DNA of 64,000 nt, from contig CM059431.1 of assembly GCA_030390025.1 (NCBI GenBank), positions 148,120,001-148,184,000 on the forward strand, written 5' to 3'. Of the stretch, positions 49,440-63,400 are shown one piece after another. Under the pieces are notes generated by a model, which worked only from the letters and a program-made list of their open reading frames with translations, ran no database searches and was not told where the DNA came from. The DNA comes from Squalus acanthias. Its lineage: Eukaryota. The translations under genes and the position numbers were made by a program. Every line of letters begins with the position of its first letter. Position 1 is the stretch's first letter.

Positions 49440-52400
49440 TCCCCCCACTCAGCCTCGCCTACTCACACTCACCCTGTCCCTCCCAGACTCCCCCACCCTG
49501 CCCCTCACCCTTTCCCCCACACAAACCCTCCGACTCTCCTTACACAGCCTCTCCCACTCTATCCCACCCAACTCCTCCCACTAAAACCCCATCCAGCCCC
49601 TCCCACTCTCGCTCACCCAGCCCATGCCACTCTAACCCCACCCAGACACTCCCACTCTCCCCCACCCAGCCCCTCCCACTCTTCCCCACACAGACACTCC
49701 CACTCTCCCCTACCCAACACCACCCATCCAACCCAAAAGAGCCCCTCCCTCTCTCCCCCTCACTGCCGCTCCCACTCTACCACCACGCAGCAGCTCCCAA
49801 TCTCCTCCATCCAGCCCTTCCAACTCGAATACCAACCAGCCCTCCCACTCCAAGCCCACCCAGCCCTACACACTCCAAACCCAACCAGCAACTTCCCACT
49901 TTCCCCCACCCAGCCCCTCCCACTCTTCCCCACCCAGCCCCTCCCACTCTTCCCCACCCAACCCCTTCCACTCTAACACCACACAGCCAATCTCACTCCA
50001 ACTCCTCCCACTCTCCTCCTCCCAGCTCCTCCCACTCTCCCCCACCCAGCTCCTCCCACTCTCCCCCACCCAGACCCTCCCACTCTCCCCCACACAGGCC
50101 CTCCTACTCCAACCCCACGTAGCCCCTCCCACTCGCCCCAGCCCAAACCCTCCCACTCTCCGCACACCCAGCCTCTCCAACTCTCCCCCACCCATTCCTA
50201 CCACTATAACCCCACGAAACCCCTCCCACTCCAACACCACACAATCCCTACAACTCTCTCCCACCCAGCACCTCCCACTCTCCCCCACCCAGCACCTCCT
50301 ACTATAATCAAACATAGTTGCCCCCACTCTCCCAACACAGAGACACTGCTACACTAAACCCCACCTTGCCCCTCCTACTTTCACCCAACCCAGTCTCTCT
50401 CAATCTCCCAACACATAGAAACTCGTGCACTAACACCACCCAGCCCCTCCCATTCTCACCCACCAGTCCCTTCCGTTCTAACCACACCCAGCCCCTCCTA
50501 ATATAACCAAACCAGACCCTCCCACTAACCACCCACCCAGCCACTCCCACTCTCCCCCCACACAGACCCTCCAACTCTAACACCACACAGTACCTCCCAC
50601 ACTCCCCCCCACCCAGCTCCTCCCACTCTACCCCAACCAGCCACTCCCACTCTCCCCCCACACAGACCCTCCCACTCTAACACCACACAGTACCTCCCAC
50701 ACTTCCCCCAGCCAGCTCCTCCCACTCTACCCCAACCAGACACTCTCACTCTCCCCCGACACAGTCCCTCCACTCTCCCCCCACCCATCCCATACAATTC
50801 TCCCGCACACAGCCCCTCCCCACTCTAACCCCACACAGCACCTTCAATTGTACCCCCATCCAGCTCCTCCCACTCTCCCACCACCCATCCCATACCACTC
50901 TAAACCAAGCTAGCCACTCTCACTCTCCCCACACCCAGCCCCTTCAACTCTCCCGCCAACCAGCCCCTCCCACTCCAACCCCACTCGGACCCTCCCACTC
51001 TTCCCAACCCAGCCCCTCCTACTCACCCGCCAATCAGCCCCTCCCACTCTCGCCCCAACAGCCCCTCCCACTGCAACGTCACCCTGCCTCACCCACTCGT
51101 CCCCACCCAGCCCCTCCCACTCTCCCCCACCCAGCCCAACCCACTCTTCCTCATCCAGCCCCTCCCACTCCAACACCACCTAGCCCCACCCTCTTCAACC
51201 ACACATAGCCCCTCCAACACCAACCCCATACAGACCCTCCCACTCTAACCCCACGCAGCCCCTCCCACTTCAACCCCACCCAGCCCCTCCTAATCCAAAC
51301 CCACCCAAACCCTCCCACTTTCCCGACCCAGCCCCTCCCACTCTCCCCTACACAGCCCCTCCCAACCTTCCCACCCAGTCGCCCGCACTCTCCCACAACC
51401 AATCCCCCCAATATCCTCCACCCAGCCCATTCCACTCTCCACTACCCAGCCACTCCCACTCTCCCCCACCCAGCCCCTCCCACTCTTCCTACTCAGCCCC
51501 TCCCACTCTCCCCTCATTCCCTGCCACTCTTTCCCACCCAGCACCTCCCACACTTCCCACACAAAACCGCCTCCACTCCAACCCCACCCGGCCCCTCCCA
51601 CTCCCCCCACACCCAGCCCCTTGCTCCACAACCCCACACAAACCCTCACACTCTAACCCCACGCAGCCCCTCCCAATTCAGCCCAACACAGCTCCTTCCA
51701 CTCTACACCACCCAGGCTCTTAAAATCTTCCCCACCAAGTCCCTCCTGCTCTCCCCCACCCAGCTCCACCTACGCTTTACCACCCAGCCCCTCCCACATT
51801 CACCCACCCAGCCCATCCCACTCTTTGCCACCCAGCCGCTTGCAATCTAACGCCACACTGCCCCTTCCACTCCAACATCACCTAGCCTCCCCACTTCAAG
51901 CACACCCAGCCTCTCCCACCCCAAACCCACATAGACCCACACACTCTACCCCCACGCAGCCCCACCCACTCCAACCCCACCCACTCCAACCCCAAGCTGC
52001 CCCTCTTAAATCCACCCCCACCCAAACCCTCCCACTCTCCACACCCAGCCCCTCCCAACTTCCCTACCCAGCCCCTCCCACTCTCCCCATCCAGTCTCCC
52101 CAATCTCCCCCACGTATCCCCTCCCATTCTCCCTAACCCAGCCCCTCCCACTCTCCCCCACCCAGCCTCACCCACTCTCCCCACATGCAGACCCTCCCAC
52201 TCTTCCTCACCCAGCCCATCCCACTCTCCCACCAACCATCCCCTCCCACTCCAACCCCACACAAGGCCTCCAACTCTAACCCCACGCAACCCCTCCCAAT
52301 TCTGCCCCTTACAGCCACTTCCACTGTACCCCACCCATCCATTACATCTCTTCCCCACCAAGCCCCTTCCACTCTCCCACACCCAGCCCTTCCCACGCTT

Positions 52401-53525
52401 TCCCACCCAGCCCCTCCCAGTTTCCCCCAGCCAGCCCCTCCCACTCTCCCCACAGCTAGTGCCTCCCACTCCAACCCAACAAAATATCTCCCACTCTAAC
52501 CACATGCAGCCCCTCCCAATTCTGCCCCACACAGCCCCTTCCACTATTCCCCACCCAGCCTCAACAACACTTCCACAACGAGCCCGTCCCACTCTCCCCA
52601 ACCCAGCTCATCCCACTCTCCCCAACCCAGCTCATCCCACGCATCCCCACGCAGCTCCTCCCACTTTCCCCCACCCAGCCCCTCCCACTCTTCGCCACCC
52701 AGTCCTTGCAATCTAACACCACCCTGCACTGTCCACTAGCCACCACACTTCAAACACACCCAGCCTCTCCCACTCCTACCATACACAGACCCTCCCACCC
52801 CAACCCCACAGAGACCCATCCAGTTTAACCCCACCCAGCCCCACCCACTCCAAACCCACGCAGCCACTTCCACTCCAACCAAACACAAACCCTCCCAATC
52901 TGCCCCACCCAGCCCAACCCACCCTCCCCGACCCAGCCCCTCCCTTACACACCCCACCCAAACCCTCCCACTCTCCCCCACCCTGTCTCACCCACTCTTC
53001 CCCATTCAGCCGCTGGCACTCCAACTCCACCCAGCCCCAACCACTTAAACCCCACCCAGCCCCACCCACTCTCCACTAATCTAGCCCCTCCAACTCTCCT
53101 CAACCCATCCGCTTCCACTCACCCCACCCAGCCCCTTCGACTCTAAACTCACCCATCACCTACCACTCTCCCCACCCAACCCCTCACACTCTCTCCCCAC
53201 CCAGCCCATCCCACTCTCCCCCCACCCAGCCCATCCCAGTCTAACCCTACACAAACCCTTCCAATCTCCCCCACCCTGTACCTTCCACTCTCCCCCACCC
53301 AGCACCATCCACTCTAACAAAACCCAGCCCCTCCCACTCAACCCCCACCCTGCCCCTTCCAATCTAACCACACCTAGCCCCACCCAATCAGCCCCCACCC
53401 AGCCACTCCCACTATAACCCCATCCAGTCCCTTCCAACCTCCCCCCTTCCCACGTTCTCCCAATCAGCCCCTCCCATTTTTACCCCATACTCAGCTCCTC
53501 CCACTCTCCCACACCCTGCCCACAC
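49440..53525 (-). repeat. C-rich satellite, the inverted counterpart of 19770-22955
   Basis: ACCCAGCCCCTCCCACTCTCCCC units; the unique flank 53490-53664 is the reverse complement of 19625-19800. Confidence 0.9.
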
Positions 53526-53664
53526 ATGCTCTGACCGACGTCTGTTAAGTTTCCAGTTCTTGAGCCATTATATCTGCACGGTCACTACAGCGGATTTAAA
53601 TTTACTCACTCTGTTCCTCCACGGAATGATGTCGGTGGAACTACAGATCTAAACAAACCTGCAG

Positions 53665-56600
53665 AAATAATAGGGTAATAATAGCAGTGGATTTCAAATT
53701 CCCCAATATTAACTGGGATAGTCAGAGTGTGGAAGGCTTAGAGGGTGCGGAATTCTTAAAGTGCATCCAGGAGAGCTTTTTGAGCCAGCGTGTAGAAAGT
53801 CCTACAACAGAGGGGGCGGTACTGGACCTAATTCTAGGGAATGTAGCCGGGCAAGTGGTAGAAGTGTTAGTAGGAGAGCATTTTGGTGACAGTGACCATA
53901 ATTCGGTGAGATTTAAGGTACTCATGGAAAAAGACAACGATGGACCGGAAATAAAGTTTCTAAATTGGGGGAAGGTCGATTTTAATATGCTAAGGCAGGA
54001 TCTGGCCAAAAAGGACTGGGTTTAGCTACTTGTAGGAAAATCCACATCAGAGCAGTGGTAGTCTTTCAGAAAGGAAATAGAGAGAGTACAATGCCAACAT
54101 GTTCCCATAAAGGTCAAGGGTGGGACCAACAAGCCCAGAGAACCCTGGATGTCAAGGGATATACGAGAATGGATTAGGAAAAAAAGGGAGGCTTTGGCAG
54201 ATACAAAGGACTAAAAACAGTGGAAACCCTAGAGGAGTATAGAAAGTGCAGGGGGTACTTAAAAAAGAAATTAGGAGAGCGAAGAGGGAGCATTGAAATA
54301 ACACTGGCGAGCAAAATAAAGGAAAATACCAAGGTTTTTTATAAGTATATTAAGGGCAAGAGGGTAACCAGGGAAAGAGTAGGGCACATTAGGGACCAAA
54401 GTGGCAATCTGCGTGTACAGCCAGAAGATGTAGGTGGGGTTTTAAAAGAATATTTTGCATCTGTGTTCACTATGGAGAAGGACGATGTAGGCATAGAAAT
54501 CAGGCAGGGGGATTGTGATATACTTGAACAAATTAGTTTGAGAGGGAGGAGGTACTAGCGGTTTTAGCGGGCTTAAAAGTGGATAAATCCCCAGGCCAAG
54601 ACGAGATGTATCCCAGGCTGCTGCGTGAGGAAAGGGAGGAGACTGCAGGCGCTCTGACACAAATTTTCAGAACCTCTCTGGCCACAGGAGAGGTGCCAGA
54701 GGACTGGAGAACAGCTAACGTAGTACCATTGTTAAAGAAGGGTAGTAGGGATAAACCAGGGAATTACAGGCCACTTAGCCTAACATCAGTGGTAGGGAAA
54801 TTATTGGAGAAAATTCTGAGGGGCAGAATTAGTCTCCACTTGGACAGGCAAGGATTAATCAAGGATAGTCAGCATGGCTTTGTGTAGGCTTCGCAAAATC
54901 CCCCAGAAACTCGAACAGAGCCCTAAAGGGAGTGATTTTTGGACCTTTCATACAAACTTGGGATGATGGGACCTAAGTGAAGTGATTTGATGTAAAAACC
55001 TCAGTTTTGGAAAGATCAGGGAAGAAAATCCCGAGGAAACTGACTTTTGAATCTTACTGTTCGGAGAGACACCTTTCAAAGACACAAGACAAGCTGCGGA
55101 GAGGCGTGGCCAGGCAGTGAACAGATTTGGGTATTGGGGCCCAATCAAGCTGTCTGGGAATTGTTTACACTGCAAATCCTACCAAGGTGGAAGAGACAAA
55201 GCAAAAACTCACACACACATCGAAATATGAATAAACCATGAACCCTATTGAAATCCCCAGGTCCAAACAGGAGATTGGAAATCTAAAACGATTCCTGACA
55301 ATAAAACTTCCAGCACACAGTTTCATAGCCCATTAACCCATCAAAATGCCATCAACCAGTTATCCATAGAACTGATTTAAAAACCCACCAAAAGACCTAG
55401 GACAATAGCGTGGAGATTTGGCCCGTAGATAAGGCTGTGTTTAAATCGGGAAACGATCAAGTCATATTTAACACTGAGCTGAAGCCATCGGAACTGGCAA
55501 GCCCGCCAACACTAGCAAGGTTCATTTGTAACCAAAAGGAATCCGTTTTAGTAAGGGTTTTTTTGGGCGCGAGAAAGAAGCAGTATAATTGAAAGCCTGT
55601 CCCATAACTTCTCTCTCTTTCGGACTCGCTGACTACACGGACACAGCTGTCTCCCTGCTCCAGCAAAAACCACCACAAGCCACGAGGAGGAAGGCCAGAA
55701 AACAGACCAGCATGCAAGAAGAAACCAGAGCGACTGCCTCAGTGACCATCGGACACCTCGCAGCAACAAGGGCCTTACGGAGTCTTTTAAACAAAAGACT
55801 CTAAAATCTTGTCAAGGATTCGTTTGTGAGCATTATCCCCGATATCCTGCGACCAAAAACCTAGCTAGATAGTGGGATCTTCGGGAGGGATAAGGTTTTG
55901 TTTGATATATTGTCATTGTCCCTCGCTTGTACCGCGTGCTCCCCAATCTGTGCTTAAGTAATAAGTGTGTTTCAAGTTTGTTACATTTTACTTTTAATAA
56001 AGTAAAATTCTTTCATCAGATCCTGTCGTCTACTGCAATTTTGTACACAACCCCTAAATAAGTACAAATTCTAGGAACCAGAGGGGTGTGGGAGCGATTC
56101 GAACCGCTCACTGAGTCAGAAAGCGAAGGCTGACCCCATTACCACCCCCCTTACATTTGTCAGGGGGAGATCATGTCTGACCAATTTGATTGAATTTTTC
56201 GAGGGGGTGACTAGGTGTGCGGATGAGGGTAGTGCAGTTGATGTGGTCTACATGGACTTCAGTAAGGCTTTTGACAAAGTCCTGCATGGGAGACTGGTCA
56301 AGAAGGTAAAAGCCCATGGCATCCAGGGCAACTTGGCACATTGGATCCAAAATTGGCTTAGTGGCAGGAGGCAGAGGGTGATGGTCGAAGGTTGTTTTTG
56401 TGACTAGAAGCCTGTGTCCAGTGGTGTACCGCAGAGATCGGTGCTGGGTCCTTTTGCTGTTTGTAGTGTACATTAATGATTTAGATATGAATGTAGGAGG
56501 TGTGATCAGTAAGTTTGCAGATGACACGAAAATTGGTGGGGTGGTAAATAGCGAGGAGGGAAGCCTTAGCCTACAGGACGATATAGAGGTGTTGGTCAGA

Positions 56601-57436
56601 TGGGCAGAACAGTGGCAAATGGAATTTAACACTGAAAACTGTGAGGTGATGCATTTTGGGAAGACTAACAAAGCAAGGGAATATACAATGAATGGTAGGA
56701 CCCTATGAAGGACAGAGGATCAGAGGGACCTTGGTGTGCATGTACATATGTCCCTGAAGGCAGCAGGACAGGTAGATACGATGGTTAAAAAGGCATATGT
56801 TACACATGCCTTCATTAGCCGAGGCATAGAATAAAGAGGAGGGAGGTTATGATGGAGCTGTACAAAACGCTAGCTAGGCCACAGCTGGAATACTGTGTGC
56901 AGTTCTGGTCGCCACACTATAGGAAGGATGTGATTACATTGGAGAGGGTGCAGAGGAGATTCACCAGGATGTTACCTGGGCTGGTGCCCTTCAGCTATGA
57001 AGAGAGACTGGACAGGCTGGGTTGTTTTCCTTAGAGCAGAGAAGGCTGATGGGGGGCCTGATTGAGGTGTACAAAATTATGAGAGGCATAGATAGGGTAG
57101 ATAGAAAGGAACTTTTCCCCTTAATAGAGGGGTCAATAACCAGGGTGCATAGTTTCAAGGTAAGGGGCAGGAGGTTCAGAGGGGATTTGAGGAAAAACTT
57201 TTTCACCCAGAAGGTGGTTGTAATCTGGAACTCACTGCCTGAAAGGGTGGTAGAGGCAGGAACCCTCACAACATTCAAGAAGCATTTAGATGAGCACTTG
57301 AAACGCCAAAGCACACAAGGCTACGGTCAAGTACTGGAAAATGGGATTAGAATAGACAGAGCTTTATGGCCGGTGCAGACACGATGGGCCGAAGGGCCTC
57401 TTTCTGTGCTGCATAACACTATGACTCTATGACTCT
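53665..57436 (+). mobile_element. CR1 ORF2 (EN to RT to tail), split by a solo LTR
   Basis: DFKFPNINW, FGDSDHN, QHGFV|RGRSCLTNL, FADDTK; (CTATGACT)n tail. Confidence 0.9.
54883..56155 (+). mobile_element. Solo LTR, 1273 bp (Gypsy- or ERV-type)
   Basis: Begins TGTA and ends TACA; 4-bp TSD TTTG on both sides, interrupting the CR1 QHGFV codons; AATAAA at ~55996. Confidence 0.85.
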
Positions 57437-57439
57437 GAT

Positions 57440-60400
57440 CCAAGCCACATGCTGGACTGTTACTACCCTCACCACTCACTGTAATACTGATATACCTCGC
57501 ACCACTCACTGTTGCCACTGCCACTTTAATCCCATGGGCTTCAACTTTGGTAATATATGGTACTTTATCAAGCAACTTTTGAAAGGATAAGGAAATTGGG
57601 TAAGCGTGAGTAGTATCAATCATAAAACCATAGAATTGGTGAGACAAGTTGTGTTGACAAATTGTTTGGCGGACGATGACGACCCGCTCTGATCACAGGT
57701 CTCGCCTGGTTTCAATCAGTGAATTTCAAAATCAGTGATTTTAATCCCATTTTATTATTTATATTTCTTTGTTCTCAGGATATGGGTGACGCTGTCAAGA
57801 CCGGAATTACTTGCCCATCCCTAGTTACCCATGAGCAATTGCTGGGCCTTCATCTTGAGCCGCTGCAGTCCGTGTGGTGAAGGTGTTACTGTTACCGAAG
57901 GAATTGCAGGCTTTTGACACAGTCCCGATGAAGGAACGGCGATATATTTGAAGGCTACAGTAGCATAGTGGTTATGTTGCTGGACAAGTAAATAAGATGC
58001 CTGGACGAATAATCCTGAGTTCAAATCCCACCAGCTGGGGAATTTAAATACAATTCATCAAACAAATCTGGAAAAAAGATTGAGTCAGTAGTGGTGACCA
58101 TGAAACTACCGGATTGTCGTAAAAACACATCTGGTTCATTATTGTCCTTTACGGAAGGACATCTGCCGTCCTTATATATTGTGTCCGAAATGTGACTCCA
58201 GACCCACAGCAATGTCGTTGACTCTTCGCTGCCCTCTGAAATTGCCAAGCAAGCCACTCAGTTGTATAAGGTGGCTCACCACCACCTTCTCCAGGACAAT
58301 TATGGATGGACAATAAATGGTGGCCTTGCCAGCGACATCCACATCCGAAGAATGAATAAAAAATGATTTATTAGTGGTCATAATGATTTACAAAGGGTTA
58401 TAATGTAATATTTTATTTTATTCGTTTATGGAATATGGGCGTCGCTGGCAAGGCCAGCGTTTGTTGCCCATCCCTAATTGCCCTTGACAAGGTGGTGGTG
58501 AGCCTTCTTCTTGATTCGCGTTCGTCCCTTGTGGTGAAGGTAATCCCAAAGTGCTGTTAGGGAGGGAGTTCCAGGATTTTGACAAAGCGATGATGAAGGA
58601 TCGGTGATATAATTCTAAGATAGGATGGTGTGTGACTTGGAGGGGAACTTGGAGGTGGTGGTGTTCCCATGCGCCTGCTGCACTTGTCCTTCTAGGTGGA
58701 AGAGGTTGCGGGTGGGAGGCGCTGCCGAAGAAGCCTTGGCGAGTTGCTGCAGTGCATCTTGTAGATGGTACACTCTGCAGCCACGGTACACCGGTGGTGG
58801 AGGGAGTGAATGTTTAAGGTGATAGTTGGGATGCCAATCATGTGGGCTGCGTTGTAGTGGATGGTGTCACAGTATTCAAGTGGCTGGACCAGTTACGTTC
58901 CTGGTTTCTGGTGACCCCAGGAAGTTGATAGTGTGGGATTCGGCGATGGTAATGCCATTGACTGTCAAGGGTCGGTGGTTAGATTCTCGCTTGTTGGAGA
59001 TAGTCATTGCCTGGCAATTGTGCGGCGCTAATGTTAACTACCACTTATCAGCCCAAGCCTGAACGTCCTCCAGATCTTGCTGCATGCGGGCATGGACTAC
59101 TTCATTATCTGAGGAGTCGTGAATGGCACTGAACACTGTGCAGTCTTCAGCGAACATCCCCATTTCTGACCTTATGTTGGAGGGAAGGTCATTGATGAAG
59201 CAGCTGAAGATAGTTGGGCCTAGGACGCTGCCCTGAGGAACTCCTACAGTGATGTCCTGGGGCTGTGATGATTGACCTTCAACCACCACAACCATCTTGC
59301 TTTTTGCTAGGTATGACTAAGGGTTATGAAGTTTTATTAATGTTCATCATGATTTATAAAGTGTGATGAAGTTTTGTTAATGATCACAGTGATTTATAAA
59401 GGGTTATATGTATATTTTTATTCGATTATGGGATGTGGGTGTCGCTTACAAGGCCAGCATTTGTTGCCCATACCGAACTGCCCTTGAGAAGGTGGTGGTG
59501 AGATACCTTCTTGAACCGATGCAGTCCTGTGTGGTGAAGGTACTCCCACAGTGCTGTTAGAATGGGAGTGCCAAGATTTTGACCCAGCGATGATGAAGGA
59601 TCGGTGATATAATTATAAGTCAGGATGGTGTGTGACTTGGAGGGGAACTTGGAGGTGGTGGTATTTCCAACCGCCTGCTTCCCTTGTTCTTCTAGGTGGA
59701 AAAGTTTGCAGGACTGGGAGGTGCTGCCGAAGAAGCTTTGCCGAGTTGCTCCAGTAGATGGTACACACAGCAGCCACGATACGCTGGTGGTTGAGGGAGT
59801 GTATGTTTAAGATGGTGGATGGGGTGCCAATCGAACGAGCTGCTTTGTCCTGGTTGGTGTCGACCTTCTTAAATGTTGTTGGAGTTGCACTCATCCAGGC
59901 AAGTGGAGAATATACCCTCACACTCCTTACTTGTGCCTTATGGATGGTAGAAAGCTTTGGGGATTCAGGAAGTGAGATACTCGCCGCAGAATATCTAGCT
60001 TCTGACCTGCTCTTGTTGCCACAGTATTCATGTGGCTCGTCCAGTTAAGTTTCTGGTCAATGGTGAGCCCCAGGCTGTTGATTGTGGGGGTATCGCCGAT
60101 GGTAATGCCATTGAATGTCAAGGAGCGGTGCTTAGACTCTCGCTTGTTGAAGTTAGGCTATGCCTGACACTTCTGTGGTGCGAATGTCACCTGCCACTTT
60201 TCAGCTCAAGACTGAACGTCGTCCAGATCTTATTGCATGCGGGCATGGACTGCTTTATTATCTGAGGAGTTGTGAAGAGCACTGAACACTTTGCAGTATT
60301 CAGCGAGCATCCGCATTTCTGACCTTATGTTGGAGGGAAGATCATTGATGAAGCAGCGGAAGATGGTTGTGCCTAGGACACTGCCCCGAGGAACTCCTAC

Positions 60401-63400
60401 AGCGATGACCTGGGGTTCTGATGATTGACCTTCAACCACGACAACCATCTTCCTTTGTGCTAGGTATGACGAAGGGTTATAAGAACATAAGAAAATAAGA
60501 AATAGGAGCAGGAATAGGCCACTTGGCCTCTCGAGTCTGTTCCGACATTCAATAAGATCATGGCTGATCGAGGGCTCAAAGCTACTTCCCAGCCCGCTCC
60601 CCACAACCCTTCACTTCCTTATCTTGCAAAAATGTGTCTATCTCCACTTTAAATGTGTTTAATGACCCAGCCTCCACAGCTCTCTGGGGCAGAGAATTCC
60701 ACAGATTTACGACCCTCTGAGAGAAGAAGTTTCTCCTCATCTCAGTTATAAAAGGGTGGCCCTTTATTCTGAGACTGTGCACCCGAATTCTAGACTTTCC
60801 CATGAGGGGAAACATTCTCTCTGCATCTAGCCAATCGAGCACCCTCAGAATCTCAAATGTTTCGATAAGATCACCTCTCATTCTTCTAAATTCCGATGAG
60901 TATTTGCCCAGCCTGCTCGTAAGTCAAACCACTCATCTCTGGAATTAACCTAGTGAAACGTCCCTGAACTGCCTCCAATGCAACTATATCCCTCCTTAAA
61001 AAAGGAGACCAAAACTGTACGCAGTTCTCAATGTGTGGTCTCACCAATACCATGTACAGTTGTAGCAGGACTTCATTGCTTTTATACTCCAACCCCCTTG
61101 AAATAAAGGCCAAAATTCAAATTGCCTTTTTGATTACTTGCTTTACCTGCATACTAACTTTTTGTGTTTCATGCACAAGATCCCCCAAGTCCTTCTGAAC
61201 TGTAGCATTTTATAATCTCTCTGCTTTTAAATAATAGTTAGCCTTTTTATTTTTCCTTCCAAAGTGGATAACCTCGCACTTTCCCACCTTAAACTCCATC
61301 TGCCAAATGTTTGCCCACTCACCTAGCCTGTCTATATATCTTTGCAGATTCTATGAGTCCTCTGCACAACTTGCTTTCCCACCCATCTTTGTATCATCTG
61401 CAAATTTGGCTGCATTACACTCGATCCCTTCATCCAAGTCATTAATGTAGATTGTAAATAGTTGGGACCCCAGCACCGATCCTTGTGGCACCCCACTAGT
61501 TACCGTTTGCCAACCAGAAAATTACCCATTTATCCCCACTCTCTGCTTTCTGTTTGTTAGCCAATTCTCTATCCATGCTAATATATTACCCCCAACTCCG
61601 TGACATCTTATCTTATGCAGTAATCTTTTATGTGACAACTTATCGAATGCCTTCTGGAAATCCAAATGCACCACATCCACTGGCTCATCCTTGTCCACCC
61701 TGCTTGTTACATCCTCAAAGAACTCCAGCAAATTTGTTAAACTTGATTTACTTTTCCTAAAACCATGCTGACTCTGTTTGACTGCAGTATGTTTTTCTAA
61801 TGCCCTGCTACTGCTTCCTTCATGAAGGACTCCAGCATTTTCCCAACGACAGATGTTAGGCTAACTGATCTATAGTTTCCTGCTTTCTGTCTCCCTCCTT
61901 TCTTAAATAGGGGTGTTACGTTAGCGGTTTTCCAATCCGCTGGGACCTCTCCAGAGTCCAAGGACTTTTGGTATATTCCAACCAATGCAGCCAGTATCTC
62001 TGCAGCCACTTGTTGTAAGACCCTGGTGCAGGCCATCTGGTCCAGGGGACTTGTCGTCTTTTAGTCCCATTATTTTACTGAGTGTGATAGTGATGTTCTT
62101 CAGTTTCCCACTCCCTGTGGCCCCTTGATTATCCATTATTGGGATGTTGTTGGTGTATTCTACAGTGAAGGCAGATGCAATATATTTGTTCAGAGTCTCT
62201 GCCATTTCACCGTTCCCCATTATTAATTCCCCAGTCTCATCCTCTAAGGGACCAACGTTTATTTTAGCTACCCTCTTCCTTTTTATATACCTGTAGAAGC
62301 TCTTACTAACCGGTTAAATGATTCTTGCCTGCTTACTCTCATAATTCATCTTCTCTCTCTTTATTATTTTTTAAGTCATCCTTTGCTGGTTTTTAAAAAT
62401 GTCCCAATCCTCTGGTCTCCTACCAATCTTGGCAACATTGTATGCCTTCATTTTGAATTTGATACCATCCTTTACTTCCTTAGTTAGCTACGGATGGTGC
62501 TCCCTTCTGTTAAAATCTTTCTTTCTCCCTGGAATATATTTTTCTTTAGAGTTATGAAATATCACCTTAAATGTCCGCCACTGCATTTCAACTTTCTTAC
62601 CCTGTAATTTGTTTTTCCAGTCCACTTTAGCCAGTTCTGCCCTCATGCCATTATAATTGACTTTGTTTAAGATCAGGACATTTGTTTGGGATACAACTTT
62701 CTCACCCTGCAACTGAATTTGAAATTCATCCATGCTGTGATCACTCTTTCCTAGATGATCCTTTACTATGAGATCATTTATAAATTCTCTCGCATTACAT
62801 AGTACCAGATCCAAGATAGCCTGCTCCCTGGTTGGTTCCATTACATACTGTTCTAGGAAAACATCCCGGATGCACTCTAATAACTCCTCCTCCAGGCTAC
62901 CATGGCCAATTTGATGTGTCCAATCAATATGGAGATTAAAATCACCCATGATTATTACCGTACCACTTTTTTACAGGCCTCCATTATTTGTTGATTTATA
63001 CTCTGTCCAACAGCATTGCTACTGTTCGGGGGCCTTCAGACTACGCCCACCCCAGAGACTTTTTCCCCTTGTTATGTTTTACATCCACCCAAACCGATTC
63101 TACATCTTGGTCTTCTGAGCCAATATCACTTCTCACCAATTCACTGATCCCATCTTTTACCAACAATACCACCCCACCTCCCTTTCCTTTCTTTCTATCC
63201 TTCCGAATTATCATATACCCTGGAATATTCAGTTCCAAGCCCTGGTGGTCCTGCAACCATGTCTGTGTAATGGCAATCAGATCATACCCATGTGTATCTA
63301 TTTGTGCCGTCAACTCATTTATCTTGTTACGAATGCTGCGTGCATTCAGATATAGAGCTTTTATCTTTGTCTTTTTACCATTTTTCCTTGTTTTGGCCTT

